A stretch of DNA of 64,000 bases from Balanoglossus misakiensis (taxonomy: Eukaryota > Animalia > Hemichordata), in the NCBI GenBank assembly GCA_040954595.2, contig CM082581.2, positions 5,262,699 to 5,326,698 on the forward strand, given 5' to 3'. The notes under the pieces are model-generated. The model saw only the letters and a program-made list of their open reading frames with translations. It had not been told where the DNA came from and searched no databases. Positions 38,801 through 48,600 of this stretch are shown here, one piece after another. The position numbers and the translations under genes were made by a program. Numbering within the stretch: position 1 is the first letter of the stretch; each line of letters begins with the position of its first letter.

Positions 38801-41800
38801 AATTAATATATATTATGAAATTTTCACACAGTACAAACATTTCATTTCAATAACTTTTTTATTTGGTCTGTGTTAGAATGTAGTAATAACTTTGATCTGG
38901 GCATGAGTGATAATGATTTTGTAATTACTTCCGTGCATTGGTAAGGGGTACAAATTTGTGGCAGTATATCAAATTTTAAGAGAGCTAGCTCTGTGAACAG
39001 TATGAGTTATACACAAATCATAGTTTAAACTAGTGAGGGCGCTCACACCCTATCTGGAAGATGCAATGAATTGTACCTCCAATGGGAGATCATCACATTT
39101 GACTGAGATTTAACACTTGACATCTTCTTTTGATACCAGAGCAGCCACACACCTAGCGTACACAACAAGACCAATGCAATGAACAATTTTAGCAACCTTT
39201 TAATGTTTTAATTGATCAGCATTTCCCTTTGTTACAAACCAACGGAAACATTTATGAAATTTAAGTTCCTGGCATTTATATCAACAGCTGTTTTCTTTAC
39301 ACATTAAACTATTTTGAAAACCGAGTATATACTGCAGTAAGTGATACGTTACCACACCCACACCCTTAACTTTGTATATGCTATGTTTAAAAACGACCGT
39401 GGAATGCTGGTATTCAGTGTGACCTTGGTGCATGGCATTGAGTTTCTATTCACACCACAGGCAGGTCATTTCCACTGTGTTTATAAACAACATGATCCGT
39501 ATAAATCTGTGGTTAACTTTTAAGGACATGTACACACAAAACTTACATAATCTGCATCTGTGAAGGCTGCCCTCTAGTGGTGTAATATTACACACTACAA
39601 GTGGATTAAAGGATCTTATTTTCATAAATTTGACCTTTACTATTCAAGCTTTGCAACGATATTTATCAATGACACAGAATTAACATCATTTTGTTCCCAG
39701 CATGAGTTTTATGATTGGCCGAATACCAGCTCAAACTAGATACCCGTACGGTGAATGAATAAGTGAGCCAATTATATTAAACACTGCTGTTAGATAAACT
39801 GGACCAGACAAGTTAATTTGATTGAAGGAGAAATTAGATTGGTACACTGATGGTCATAATTATTGAATTGTGATTGTCAGAATTTTATTAATAGTAGATT
39901 TCCTCAAGCAAATTAAATTTCAAGTCCAGAATAAACATACATGTATGCTGATTAACAGTTTCAGTGGACAATTTCTATTGTGATTGCATAGGCATATGTT
40001 TACAATCACAAACCACAAATCTCAAGGAAATTGGCTGTAATCAGCAAATAGCTTTTAAAATTTTAACAAAGCCAGCACGGGTCTCCTTTCAAACTACACT
40101 GTACAGCCGTAAATATTCACTTACCTTTACAAATGAAACACTTGACATGGAAGTGTTCGTCTTGAACTCTCAACACTTCACCAGTACATGACTTGTTGCA
40201 TCTGCCACAAACCACCTTCTTAGATTCTTTCTTGGAGTCTTTCTTCGAGTCTTTTTTGGATTCTTTCTTCAGTTCCTTTTTAGTGTCTTTTTCCTTCTTG
40301 GGTTTGTTTGCTGTGTTAAAGACAAAACCAAGAGAGACAATTTTATTAGTCACAAATCTATACATTTTGTAATGGATGAAAATCTTTATTACTATTCTTA
40401 TATCTTTATTCCCCCAAATACCAAACTGAATGTATTGGTCGCACGGGACCCCACCTTACGTAACCTCCAATTGCATACAGGCCTTGTATTACGCAAAAAA
40501 ACTTCCAATGTATGGCATGTCAAAATACCGGAACTGTAACTTTACTTTTGTGTTGACAATTCGAAGTCTGAACTTTCATGTACTTTTGTAAACAACAACA
40601 ACAACAACAACAACAACACTCCAACTGGACCCTGGCTAAACAGCAGTGTCAAACTCAAAGTTAGATTTATTGTTTGTGGATACACTGACCTTTCTCACAA
40701 TAAAAATTGTGGTTCAATGATTCAAGGTAAGGGAGAGAAAGTGTAAACAGATTTGCATAATTTGAATGTTATTGTCAATCAAGTACAAACAAAATGTGAT
40801 TAGTTTTTATCTGGTTTGTTTGTGTATAGTCACTGCAATAACCCACCATGTACTACCAGAAGAAAAGAACTACTGATTTCAAACTACCACTGGAACGCAA
40901 TATTATAATGTCATGCAATGTGCACTTAAGCATAGCAATTCATATGAGCCAAAACATGTTTTGATTTACACAAAGATATGACGTGTCTCTCTCATGGTAC
41001 AGTATATATGTCATGTCATGTAAAACTGCCTTAGGCTACCATGAACAACACAGAGCCCTTCACGACAACAGAAGGGGTATACTATAGGTTCATTTAGTTT
41101 TTGTATGTACAGACAAATTACTCCGACAAAAATAACTTTTTATTGATGATCCATGAATGTATGTATTAATACTACTATGGTATAACACAAACTCTCTTCA
41201 TCTGTTTTAAATGAAATTCCAGTCACCAGTGAAAGGAAAATTTTACAAAATTCCTACTCACCCAATGAAATGATGTTTTAACTTAATATCTGAGCACTCT
41301 AAACTATAGCCATCCAATATTTGTTAAAGCATTTAATCACTCAAGTGTAAAATGCACATTAATATTGACATTTCCACTTGCCCTGGTACTCAACTGACAA
41401 TGAAAAGCGAAAATATCAATAAACTGTGCAAATATAGTCAGGTCTGTTTCATAGAGTTGGTTCTCACTCCAAGTGACAATTAGTGAATTAATGATTTATG
41501 TACAATTTCATGTTATTTTTCATCACATTGCTACCACCACGAGAATCCTTCAGTGTTCAGTGATGGATGGTGGGTTATATACAATGTCATGTAGGCATAT
41601 CAAAACTAAATATTAATATTTATGGTCGTAATTGAGATTTTAGCACCTAAAGTTGTACGGCAGATTGGCCCAACCAATAAAATTAGTCCAGAAATATGCA
41701 ATTATACTAAAATCCTAGAATGGATATCAATTCCAGTATTTCAAAAACTGGGTTAAACCAGACAGAAAAATGTGTTCATTACAAAGTGGTCTGTTGTTGT

Positions 41801-44800
41801 CCTTGATTCTTTTATAAATTGCATTGCTGCTGTCAATGTCAAGGCTAAGACCTCACCCATGACATTCCAACAATTACACAAACAATTTGCAGCACATTAA
41901 TAAACACCCCCCTGAAACAACTAAATATGTGTGCAGAGAATCATATAATTGGTCATTATGATATGAACTCGTTAATAGCTTTGCCTGTGATCAACTTCTT
42001 CAAAGAATTCTCATGGAAATCTCATCGACCACTTAGTGGATAGAATAACGCAGGGGGTTGTGGGGCAGTTTGCGTTCTGAGCGGGTGCGTTAGCCATGTA
42101 CTAGACGCTATGGTGAACGCAAATTGTACCATCATGCATTGCAGATACCCTATTGGCAAAGTGGTCTATGGCCACATTGCAGATAGTTTAGTTGATTCTG
42201 ACGTACAGTACACGCACGTCATACTTTGCAACCATATGTTGGAAATGGGTGGATCCATATTCTACCTGATGCACATTATGTTGACTTTTACTGGTAATGA
42301 ATTCAATGCTTGCAACCAGTTATTTGTTTAGAGGAAGTTTGGTTTGTTCAGGTTTAATGTTATGATGATGACACACACCCTAGAATATTTCCAGTCACTA
42401 TTTTGCAATTATAAATAAGGAAGACAATTGCAAGTCCGTGTGTTTCATTGGCCAGGAAATATAGAGTACTTAAGTCTAGTGCTAAAATAGAATAAGTAGC
42501 ACAAGAATAGAAAACAACAGATGCTATATAATGTAGTACATAGTACAAGCTCAGTCTGTTCAGCTGAAGCTTTAGGACAACCCAGCAATATGGTATTCAT
42601 TACAAACCAATGATGTTGCTGACATCCATATGCTGTACGTACTTCCCATTCAATTTCGACACATGATAAATGAATTTAAATGCATCTACTCTTCTGAATC
42701 CAGTTCATATAACAAAACAGTATCATGTCGCTTAATTGTGCCTTGCCATTAATAACTTGTAAGCAACATATGTGTTTACACAAGAGTACCAATTTGGATA
42801 GTCACCTCGGGGCATAGAACTATATACAAGAAAATACCAGTTCTACAGATCCTGTTGAACAAGCATGATGAAATGCCCAGTACCAGGGGATGCATACCCA
42901 TGCGAACGCGTGCCCAGTAGCTGACATTTCACGTTTGTATTACAATACTGTTAATACTTGAAATTTTATTTTTCATTGGTTACAATAACACGTGTATGCT
43001 TCATAGAGTGGTGAGTTTCCTTAAACTTTGTCAGACTTCATTCCATTAGCCATATCGGTCGCACAGGCCTACTTTCCCTAAAAGGTCACTGCCTTGCTGT
43101 CTATCACTTGTACGTTCTTGACCACAAATCTATTTTTCGGGAACTTGAGACGTGTTATCGCACTTGCGGCCTTTTCTCCGACAAATATTTATTTCTTGTA
43201 GGCATGTAGATGCATTCCATCAACAGATTGGCAGATTTATTGCTTGTCATCCATACAGCCTTAGCTAATTCCTCACCTAGGACGGCAGACTCATTGAATT
43301 CTTCTTCTTAATCGTTTCACTCTCCATACTGATGGATATCATCCCACCAAATGATCACTTGGCTAAGTTAACTAGACAGAACTGCTACCGGTACATGAAG
43401 TAGGGTGTGTTAGTTTATGCCTGTTAGTTTATAAGTGGGTTGCAATTTAAAATAAATTGGTTTAGAAGTAGATAGCAATCAAAAGCAACATACTCCCCTA
43501 CTTGAAATCCATTTACACATCACTCCATCTCCAATGAGGATTCACTCCTGATTGTCTGAAGCAAATTCTGTGAAAATGTTGAGCCAGTCTTATTGACATG
43601 ATTGGGGTCATTTGAAAATGATTTAGGAACCCTGGTAATATTTATAACACATATTTATTATAAATCATTAAATGCATTGATAATCAAATTGAAAAACACT
43701 GCATGTATAATTAATTCTGCCCATAATTAATTATTTCTGCTTAAATTGTTTATATTTATTGATGTTAGAAAGTTACCTTTGTCCCTTTGTACAGATAATA
43801 CAATTATACAGTTTGAATTGGACTGTTTTTATATGAAAAATAAATAATCAAATTTTGAAGGAAATTTTATGATTGTTTGTGAATGATGCGATGGCATAAA
43901 ATGCTGCCATGACCTTTTCTTGCAAGGACAATGACTGATTTATACTACGATGATCAATCTACTTGTCATTTGGACATGACCTGGTCATTAATGGTGGCCA
44001 TATTTACGATAGAGCCATGGGTCATGGGAGATCACAGGATTCTCCTGACCTGAATTCCTTATATGGTCATATATACACGTATCTCTATTTGACGCATAAT
44101 TCCATGACATCATTGCGTACACTGTTAAAGTCTAAAAATAAATAATGCAAACAAACAAATATATTATGTTGTGGGTGTGTCAATACAATGCTGTTACTGC
44201 AGAATGCCCCATTTCATCAGTTATTCCACAATTATATTTTGTCAATTCATATTTGATAAACAAGAGGTTCATGAGAAGATATTTCACCTTTTTGATCATG
44301 TTTTCAATATTTGTTTACGTTACCACTAATCTATCATTTTTCTTCATCATGCCCTCTATAAGGTTTATGCCTGAAATTTATAAACACTGCTTGTACCAGT
44401 ACATTACCAGCTCCATCGTTTTTGTTTACAAATAAATTCAATGCCAATGTTATCAATCATACAAATTTCAAATACCAGTTCAATAATAATAATCACACGA
44501 CCAAGCCAGGTAAATGTATTTTAATATAGTTTTTGCAGCAAATTATTTTCTTATAAATTGCTCAGAAATATACCTCCTGGTCATTGGCAACCTTTTTCCT
44601 ACCTAGAATTTGCTTTTGAAATAGATTCAAATGTTGATGATTTGCATAGACTGGTAGTGTTTCTGCCACCATCTATTTATATCACAATATACCTTGTCAG
44701 GCTGACGTCAATTCTGTTCAATAGTGACTCATCATACGTACGTGTATACACCTGAATCTGTGCAACACTGTGCCTACACTGCTGTCCATACAATGAAGTA

Positions 44801-45630
44801 GATCTCATTTTCCAGTTTACTAGTATTACCTAATAAAGTAATTTCATTTCAATCAAGTCATTATCAAAATTATGTAAGCAAATTAAACAGTTCTTGTATG
44901 TGGTTACACTAAAAGCAATTATTACATAAAAGACTGACGAAATGAGTGTAATTTTATTCCCCTCCCATCACATTAAGAACATTTCAGCAATACATAGTAC
45001 TATAACAATCTCTGAGACTTTTATGTAATATTTATCGAGCCCAAAACATTATGAAAATGGGCAAAATTTTAGAATAAAGTTTTAAATAATTTCCAATAAA
45101 TGATGCCTCTGAAAATCAAGTGTTTACCTACAGTACGTAATGGAACAGCAACAGAAGCTGATTAATTGAAATGTTCCTAATGAGATGAAAGGAAGTTTCA
45201 ATGACAAAAGTCCGTTTATTTTGATGTCAGTGTATTAGTGTAACCACGTAAAAACTGAATTGCTTTCATTAAAGTCCCACCCTATCATTTTTCTGCTAGT
45301 AATTTTACAACAATCAATATAGCCTATTGCACAACCATTTTCAATTTCTAAATTTAACTAGTGCAGCCATTATTATCTGAAGTAATTATCACTAAACCAT
45401 CTGTGAAGTGAAATTACTCAAACGACAGTAAACTACTAGTAAAATGTTACGACAGACCATGTGTCAAGTATAAAAACATAAATTAAAACTCTCCCACCAA
45501 CAGATGTTTGGGACATATGTCTACCGGATATGGTATAAATATCATTCCACCGTTTACAAAATAAACTGAGTTCATTACCTTCGTGGATGCCTGAATCCTT
45601 TACAATCAGAAGTCTCTTCTTTTTAGCCAT
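2726..45630 (-). CDS. ABLIM: Actin-binding LIM protein gene (abLIM/UNC-115 family), 17-exon reference model, ~784 aa: 4 LIM + dematin-like region + villin headpiece
   Basis: join(45630-45579,40310-40125,33735-33552,28788-28676,27831-27705,27573-27480,22646-22559,22170-22115,20725-20479,18961-18893,18208-17786,15252-15164,9926-9803,8919-8735,4366-4235,3570-3499,2839-2726). All introns GT-AG, phases concatenate to one 2355-nt ORF. Family motifs: GEVLRVQDEHFHVKCF, GGFFVKDGNYYC, GEVVTALGNTYH, AGDKHYHPSC, EGEEMYLQG, KIEREDWPGPP, GVSMPN, headpiece. The first exon is the least certain part. Confidence 0.93.
3128..3181 (-). CDS. ABLIM: Candidate alternative terminal exon (RRNRSLDNLHPIFYMSI*)
   Basis: Long (TC)n polypyrimidine tract and ttttcgcag acceptor; phase 0 matches exon 3570-3499; TACTAAT near 3300-3294. 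Confidence 0.55.
   Translation of the reverse strand, partial: RRNRSLDNLHPIFYMSI
3354..3441. mobile_element. Tiny degenerate TTAA-flanked MITE (piggyBac-like ends)
   Basis: ttaa|ccctctcagacttg ... caggcctgaaagag|ttga imperfect TIRs. Confidence 0.4.
3499..3570 (-). CDS. ABLIM: Exon: N-terminal subdomain of villin headpiece (IYPVESLFTTNYKLPKDVDRANLE)
   Basis: ctcttacag|ATTTA...TGGAG|gtaaat; 72 nt, phase 0-0. Confidence 0.96.
3700..4010. mobile_element. Non-autonomous element ending in a 143-nt hairpin (3863-4005), possibly Crypton-like
   Basis: Inverted arms agcaataaaacacccccagccatggtata...gattttgaccagttca...atatacgcac around loop tcgctatcgctc; family call is from recalled resemblance only. 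Confidence 0.55.
4235..4366 (-). CDS. ABLIM: Exon: tandem KG[MV]SMPN motifs
   Basis: tttgtcag|GCTGG...GAATG|gtgaga; 132 nt, phase 0-0; GVSMPN precedes the headpiece in vertebrate ABLIM1. Confidence 0.88.
6415..6444 (-). CDS. ABLIM: Candidate 30-nt microexon (RVINGERPGM)
   Basis: cactatgcag|CGTGT...GAATG|gtatca; phase 0-0; TGC-rich upstream with TGCATG at 6499-6494. Confidence 0.5.
7392..7412 (-). CDS. ABLIM: Candidate 21-nt microexon (NMTENCT)
   Basis: cttctcaacatag|AACATGACAGAAAACTGTACA|gtaagt; phase 0-0; consensus donor, modest acceptor. Confidence 0.3.
7926..7961 (-). CDS. ABLIM: Candidate 36-nt microexon (PTLAIAKVSNVE)
   Basis: tttttttttcttttttcacttgatgaatgcag|CCCAC...TAGAG|gtacta; phase 0-0. 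Confidence 0.55.
8735..8919 (-). CDS. ABLIM: Exon: YVASPD duplication + KGRSMP
   Basis: cttttgtccacag|ATTCT...ACAAG|gtagaa; 185 nt, phase 1-0, open. Confidence 0.8.
9551..9687. repeat. Minisatellite, ~21-22 bp unit (actt(t)caatctgtagtctgact), ~6 degenerate copies
   Basis: Direct inspection. Confidence 0.8.
9803..9926 (-). CDS. ABLIM: Exon: DNSYNFSYFSKSSTDFNDNEYSNDQPTSPGRPRPRSYHDEP
   Basis: ttttatttttccag acceptor; donor CCTG|gtaaaa; 124 nt, phase 0-1; STDF motif of abLIMs; a same-phase internal donor follows 9839. Confidence 0.82.
15164..15252 (-). CDS. ABLIM: Exon: PVNPDVRRRKAATLPAGGRMPATPNGGFM
   Basis: cattttgtag|CACCG...TCATG|gtgaga; 89 nt, phase 1-0; KAATLP resembles the family K[ST]A[ST]LP motif. 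Confidence 0.85.
15720..15752 (-). CDS. ABLIM: Candidate 33-nt microexon (PRFTTMFNFD)
   Basis: cacccctcag|GGCCA...TGACT|gtgagt; phase 1-1; three upstream TGCATG and a U-tract. Confidence 0.65.
16560..16586 (-). CDS. ABLIM: Candidate 27-nt microexon (I-PLYEPKSA)
   Basis: atcatccag|TCCCC...GGCAG|gtgggt; phase 1-1; long pyrimidine tract at 16615-16645. Confidence 0.6.
17786..18208 (-). CDS. ABLIM: Exon: dematin-like region (SKFPGA..KIEREDWPGPP, coiled coil, DPRNASRTPSA)
   Basis: ttttttttgcag|CGACA...TGCAA|gtaagt; 423 nt, phase 1-1; motifs shared with abLIM, dematin and UNC-115. Confidence 0.95.
18893..18961 (-). CDS. ABLIM: Exon: EKEFSFSNVPKLQKYSPKNKPRP
   Basis: ttttcttttttcgctgcag acceptor; donor CCAG|gtacac; 69 nt, phase 1-1, open. 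Confidence 0.75.
19657..19671 (-). CDS. ABLIM: Candidate 15-nt microexon (D-YVRP)
   Basis: gaaaccag|ACTACGTCAGGCCTG|gtaatg; phase 1-1; distal polypyrimidine tract at ~19730-19750. Confidence 0.45.
20479..20725 (-). CDS. ABLIM: Exon: Ser/Pro-rich region with MGSPSTPN x3, ending NFHRP
   Basis: ttccacag|TACCA...ACCAG|gtaaga; 247 nt, phase 0-1; terminal FHRP matches the abLIM/dematin HFHxP motif. Confidence 0.88.
20758..20950 (+). mobile_element. Dispersed repeat fragment (TTAA-start DNA transposon family), copy 1
   Basis: Aligns by eye with 63429-63610 (gcacct..caaagtctta..tttttctcatattttgc..tgagaata..ggggt.ac.gtg..tttgaaa.tcaaa(a)tggcc.ccaatctc). Confidence 0.65.
21372..21581. mobile_element. 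Small MITE, Harbinger-like
   Basis: TIRs GGGGAGAACCATTT / AAATGGTTCTCCCC; flanks caa/taa (degenerate TAA). Confidence 0.7.
21607..21639 (-). CDS. ABLIM: Candidate alternative first coding exon (MPDSLTTADTA) of a LIM-less isoform
   Basis: agaATG after an in-frame stop; donor GCC|gtaagg; 33 nt, phase 0 matches exon 20725. Confidence 0.45.
22115..22170 (-). CDS. ABLIM: Exon: end of LIM4
   Basis: attcacag|GAGCA...CTAAG|gtaact; 56 nt, phase 1-0; GAAIWHPDCRKAFNGVDPK (family motif WHPxC). Confidence 0.93.
22559..22646 (-). CDS. ABLIM: Exon: LIM4 core
   Basis: ctgtctgtag|GCTGG...ACAAG|gtttgt; 88 nt, phase 0-1; AGDKHYHPSCSKCGRCGYTFKEGEEMYLQ. Confidence 0.96.
22968..23003. repeat. (TCAT)n microsatellite
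   Basis: Direct inspection. Confidence 0.9.
27480..27573 (-). CDS. ABLIM: Exon: end of LIM3 and start of LIM4
   Basis: ctcaccag|GGATG...CTCCAG|gtaaga; 94 nt, phase 2-0; [32 protein letters not shown]. Confidence 0.96.
27705..27831 (-). CDS. ABLIM: Exon: LIM3
   Basis: gaattccag|GTTGT...GGAAG|gttagt; 127 nt, phase 1-2; CAGCNKEIGDGQQLLALDKQWHIQCFKCAKCKQILVGEYMG. Confidence 0.95.
28676..28788 (-). CDS. ABLIM: Exon: end of LIM2 + linker (not in the ORF track)
   Basis: ccccccag|AAAAC...ACCAT|gtaagt; 113 nt, phase 2-1; GKPFPPGDRVTFNGHEVLCELCYKPPNRTKSPPSPSAP. Confidence 0.95.
33552..33735 (-). CDS. ABLIM: Exon: end of LIM1 and start of LIM2
   Basis: cttgcag|TATGT...TGCGG|gtaagt; 184 nt, phase 1-2; VCNSTLAHGGFFVKDGNYYCASDFQDLFGTKCKACGEYVEGEVVTALGNTYHQHCFVCAQC. 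Confidence 0.96.
34026..34038 (-). CDS. ABLIM: Candidate alternative first coding exon (MATE)
   Basis: aatATGG Kozak; donor GAAA|gtaagg; phase 1 matches exon 33735; CpG-rich promoter-like flank. Confidence 0.55.
34040..34260 (-). promoter_or_regulatory. Internal promoter-like region
   Basis: Local CpG enrichment; TTAAATA ~34125-34119; E-box CAGCTG ~34128; GGCCAATCAG (NF-Y box) ~34187-34178; MEF2-like CTAAATATAA ~34255-34246. Confidence 0.45.
37515..37563 (-). CDS. ABLIM: Candidate alternative first coding exon (MTYFGVVVRPRCNSCT)
   Basis: First in-frame ATG after a stop; consensus donor ACAA|gtaagt; 49 nt, phase 1 matches exon 33735; TATAAAA at 37759-37753 with CACCC boxes upstream. Confidence 0.55.
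37720..37805 (-). promoter_or_regulatory. TATA/CACCC promoter-like region
   Basis: CCCCACCCCTATAAAAC on minus strand ~190 nt upstream of the MTYF ATG. Confidence 0.45.
40125..40310 (-). CDS. ABLIM: Exon: lysine-rich KK[DE]S repeats + first half of LIM1
   Basis: tttaacacag|CAAAC...TGTAAAG|gtaagt; 186 nt, phase 1-1; ANKPKKEKDTKKELKKESKKDSKKDSKKESKKVVCGRCNKSCTGEVLRVQDEHFHVKCFICK. Confidence 0.93.
40591..40617. repeat. (AAC)n microsatellite
   Basis: Direct inspection. Confidence 0.9.
43030..43340 (-). mobile_element. Possible decayed RTE-like LINE fragment
   Basis: Broken reading AKAVWM..KK(I/N)K..DSKAV resembles the RTE ORF2 linker; weak. Confidence 0.2.
45579..45630 (-). CDS. ABLIM: Candidate first coding exon of the long isoform (MAKKKRLLIVKDSGIHE)
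   Basis: Kozak gaccATGG; donor GAAG|gtaatg; 52 nt, ends in phase 1 as exon 40310 requires; TATATAAA on minus strand at 45824-45817. Confidence 0.55.
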
Positions 45631-48600
45631 GGTCGTTTTTAAGCATCAGAATCCGTCGATTCTAGAAGTCAGACATTCTGGTCAAATTCAACACCCACCC
45701 TGTTCAAGTGTGTCCCCCTACGTCCAGTTATCCTATTTCTGATGGCTACTATTCTCGGTCGTCCCTACACCACCCAAGGCCTGGGAATGGACTCTACCAT
45801 TTAACACGAAGGGGTGTTTATATAATCTAACATTGCCTTCAACTTTAAATCCTCTGAAATCCGAATACATTTTTCAAGCCGTACTTTAAAAAAATGTTTA
45901 TAAATTTGATTTCTCTTTCTGGTTGTCATCATAATTTTGACATTTTACCGACAATCTACCAATTTCATGACAACATCTACCCATTAAGAATTGCGCATTA
46001 AAGTGTATAAAAAGACCCGATGAAAATAACTTTCATATCGGTTTTCATTTCGACCACTAATCTATCACCACAACTACGCATCATGAATAAATGGAATGTG
46101 TTTTGCATACTGTCATACTGGATGACACGCAACAATACTGAGTTTAATATACCGTTCGAAGACATTACAGACACTATGCTGGTTGGTCCATGCCCATGTC
46201 ACTTACAAACACCACAGTACATATCACCTTTATTTCTAAAATTAACTGTGATGACACATCCAAAAATCATCGATAAAGGTCAAACTTTTGCAAATACATT
46301 GTTTAATAGCATTGACAAATCCGCACAGAGGCATCAATGAAAAGATCATGGCCTGGGATATAGAAATCTATTGGTATACAGCTGATAAAAGGGAGTGTTT
46401 CATCTTGGCTGTGAGCTTTACACAATGGGGCAAGCCATACCCCAGCAGGGCTACTATCACAGAGTGGAAAATCCACTGGTAGGAGCTATATAAATTTAGT
46501 GGTCCCTGGTGTCCAAACTGGGTGTGCACACAGCAGATACATGTATGTTTATCAGTGTTTATTTCTTGGATGTATACAAACACTCTGCATCTGTTCTCTT
46601 GCTACATGTTCACAACTTGTGTCTACTTGATAATTAAAACTAAAAGGAGGTGTAACGTGTTGAGTATTGCATTTGACTATTTATGAACATGTGTATCCCA
46701 GAGTCCCCAAATCTCTTGCTCTTTCCATGGAGAAAAAAAATAGAAATTAGAGAGTTCTTCGTCCATCGTGCAAAGACCAAAGTCAAATCCACCACTGAGT
46801 CCGGTCCAGGTTTCATATAGTCACTGCTCCAACAGAGATAGTGTTTACAACTTTGTGCGTAATTTGATAGCAGATGATACCAACAGACACTGGGATATGT
46901 GACAGCTGCAAGGCTGAATGAGAACAAAGGTCATATGAGGTCACTTCAATTTCATCTTGGTTCAAGTTCATCTCATTTTGCATTTGTGACAATTATTAAG
47001 TTCACTGTCATAATTCTTGAATTTGCAAGGGAGATATTAGAGTATTCTTACAATTACACACTGGATTTTAACTCTACAGACTTACTATACTATACAGTCA
47101 AATGAACCCAACATTTTATACAAAACCGTCTACTATAAAATCAGAATTTATTTCTGTGATTGTTATACAGTTCCTTTCATTTATCAAGATAGTTATTCCC
47201 CTACAAAGAAAACACTGCTCAGCATAGATACTCTCCTACAAAACACTGCCCTGCATGCACAATTCATTATATTTTTTTCCTTGTATGACAGATATTAACC
47301 ATTCTATGACAATCGGTGAATGCACCAAACTTCCTATTGAACACCGCCCTCACATGACGAAAATGTGCAAGCATAATAAACTTTTCACAAATATTTGAGC
47401 CATGGCAAATAAAAAGACAGAACTGGTGATTTTTCTACTGCTCACTATAGAACTTACATGTATGTAAATTCCTGAGACCAGGGGGTACAAGTAACTACCA
47501 TGGATAAGACAACTGTGGTTTCATTGCCTTGTTTGACAATGACCACTCAAGTCACTGACCGCAGAATTACACCAAGCAATTGTCTTTTCATGGCCAGATT
47601 TAATCTCCTAGTCAATGGCTACTTGGTATATAGTCAACACAAAGCATTTGTTATCTTGTCCACACAAACAACTCTTAGGTGAATCTACTGGTATGGGAGG
47701 GCGGTATGAGGCAACACCCACATGCAACTTGCCACTTTGGTTTTTGCTTGTACAGCTATACAATGTAGACACCTGGTTCTGTCGGTTCTAACTGTTCTAC
47801 TGATACCTATTCCCAACCAACCTCCAAGCACAGGAGATGGAGGGCAAGCATAGAACACATGTTTTTGCCTGCGAATGCCAGTTTGGGTATGTGTGGTGTG
47901 GCTTGATTAGTTGATAGTCAGAAAGAGGCATTTGAGAATCAGAGTTTATGCGAACGTCTCCAAGAAGTCCTTGAAACACAATAGCAATTGTCAAGCCCAG
48001 TGTCAATGTACCATACGGGTTTCATTCATGATAAACAGTTATGCACACACCACAACAATTGACGTCTTCATTTGAATTGACTTTACTGACGTGTTAAAAG
48101 TGTCTGGAATGTTAATCGCAGTGATAAAATAGGCAAAAGTCTGACTTTCAAGTCACTGTGTTTAATATATCACATGTATGTGACCAGGTGATCTTTGCCA
48201 AAGAAAATTTGATGAATCGAACAATTTTTTGCTCACAGATAGTCTTCCCCTGCTACAAGCCACTTGGTATGGTACATGTACGTCAGTCATCATGACGAGA
48301 CTGTTAAATTCCGATATACCCCAAACTGAATCCTGGGGAACCTGCAGCACAGCACAGTACGTCATTAAAATTTTGGTATTGATATTTGATGATATAAACC
48401 TCAGCATTTAATTTGGCAAATGGTTGAGCAGTAGTACACTGTCAACAAAATAGTTCAGTCTGTTCCTCATCAATTCCATGGACAATACAATTTCAAAATA
48501 CAGGTATTGAAGTATTCCCACCTTTAAATCATCCTTCACAACAAAAACCTCATTGTAATTCAATATGCATCAAGGTACTCTGATGATAGCCTTTTTACAT

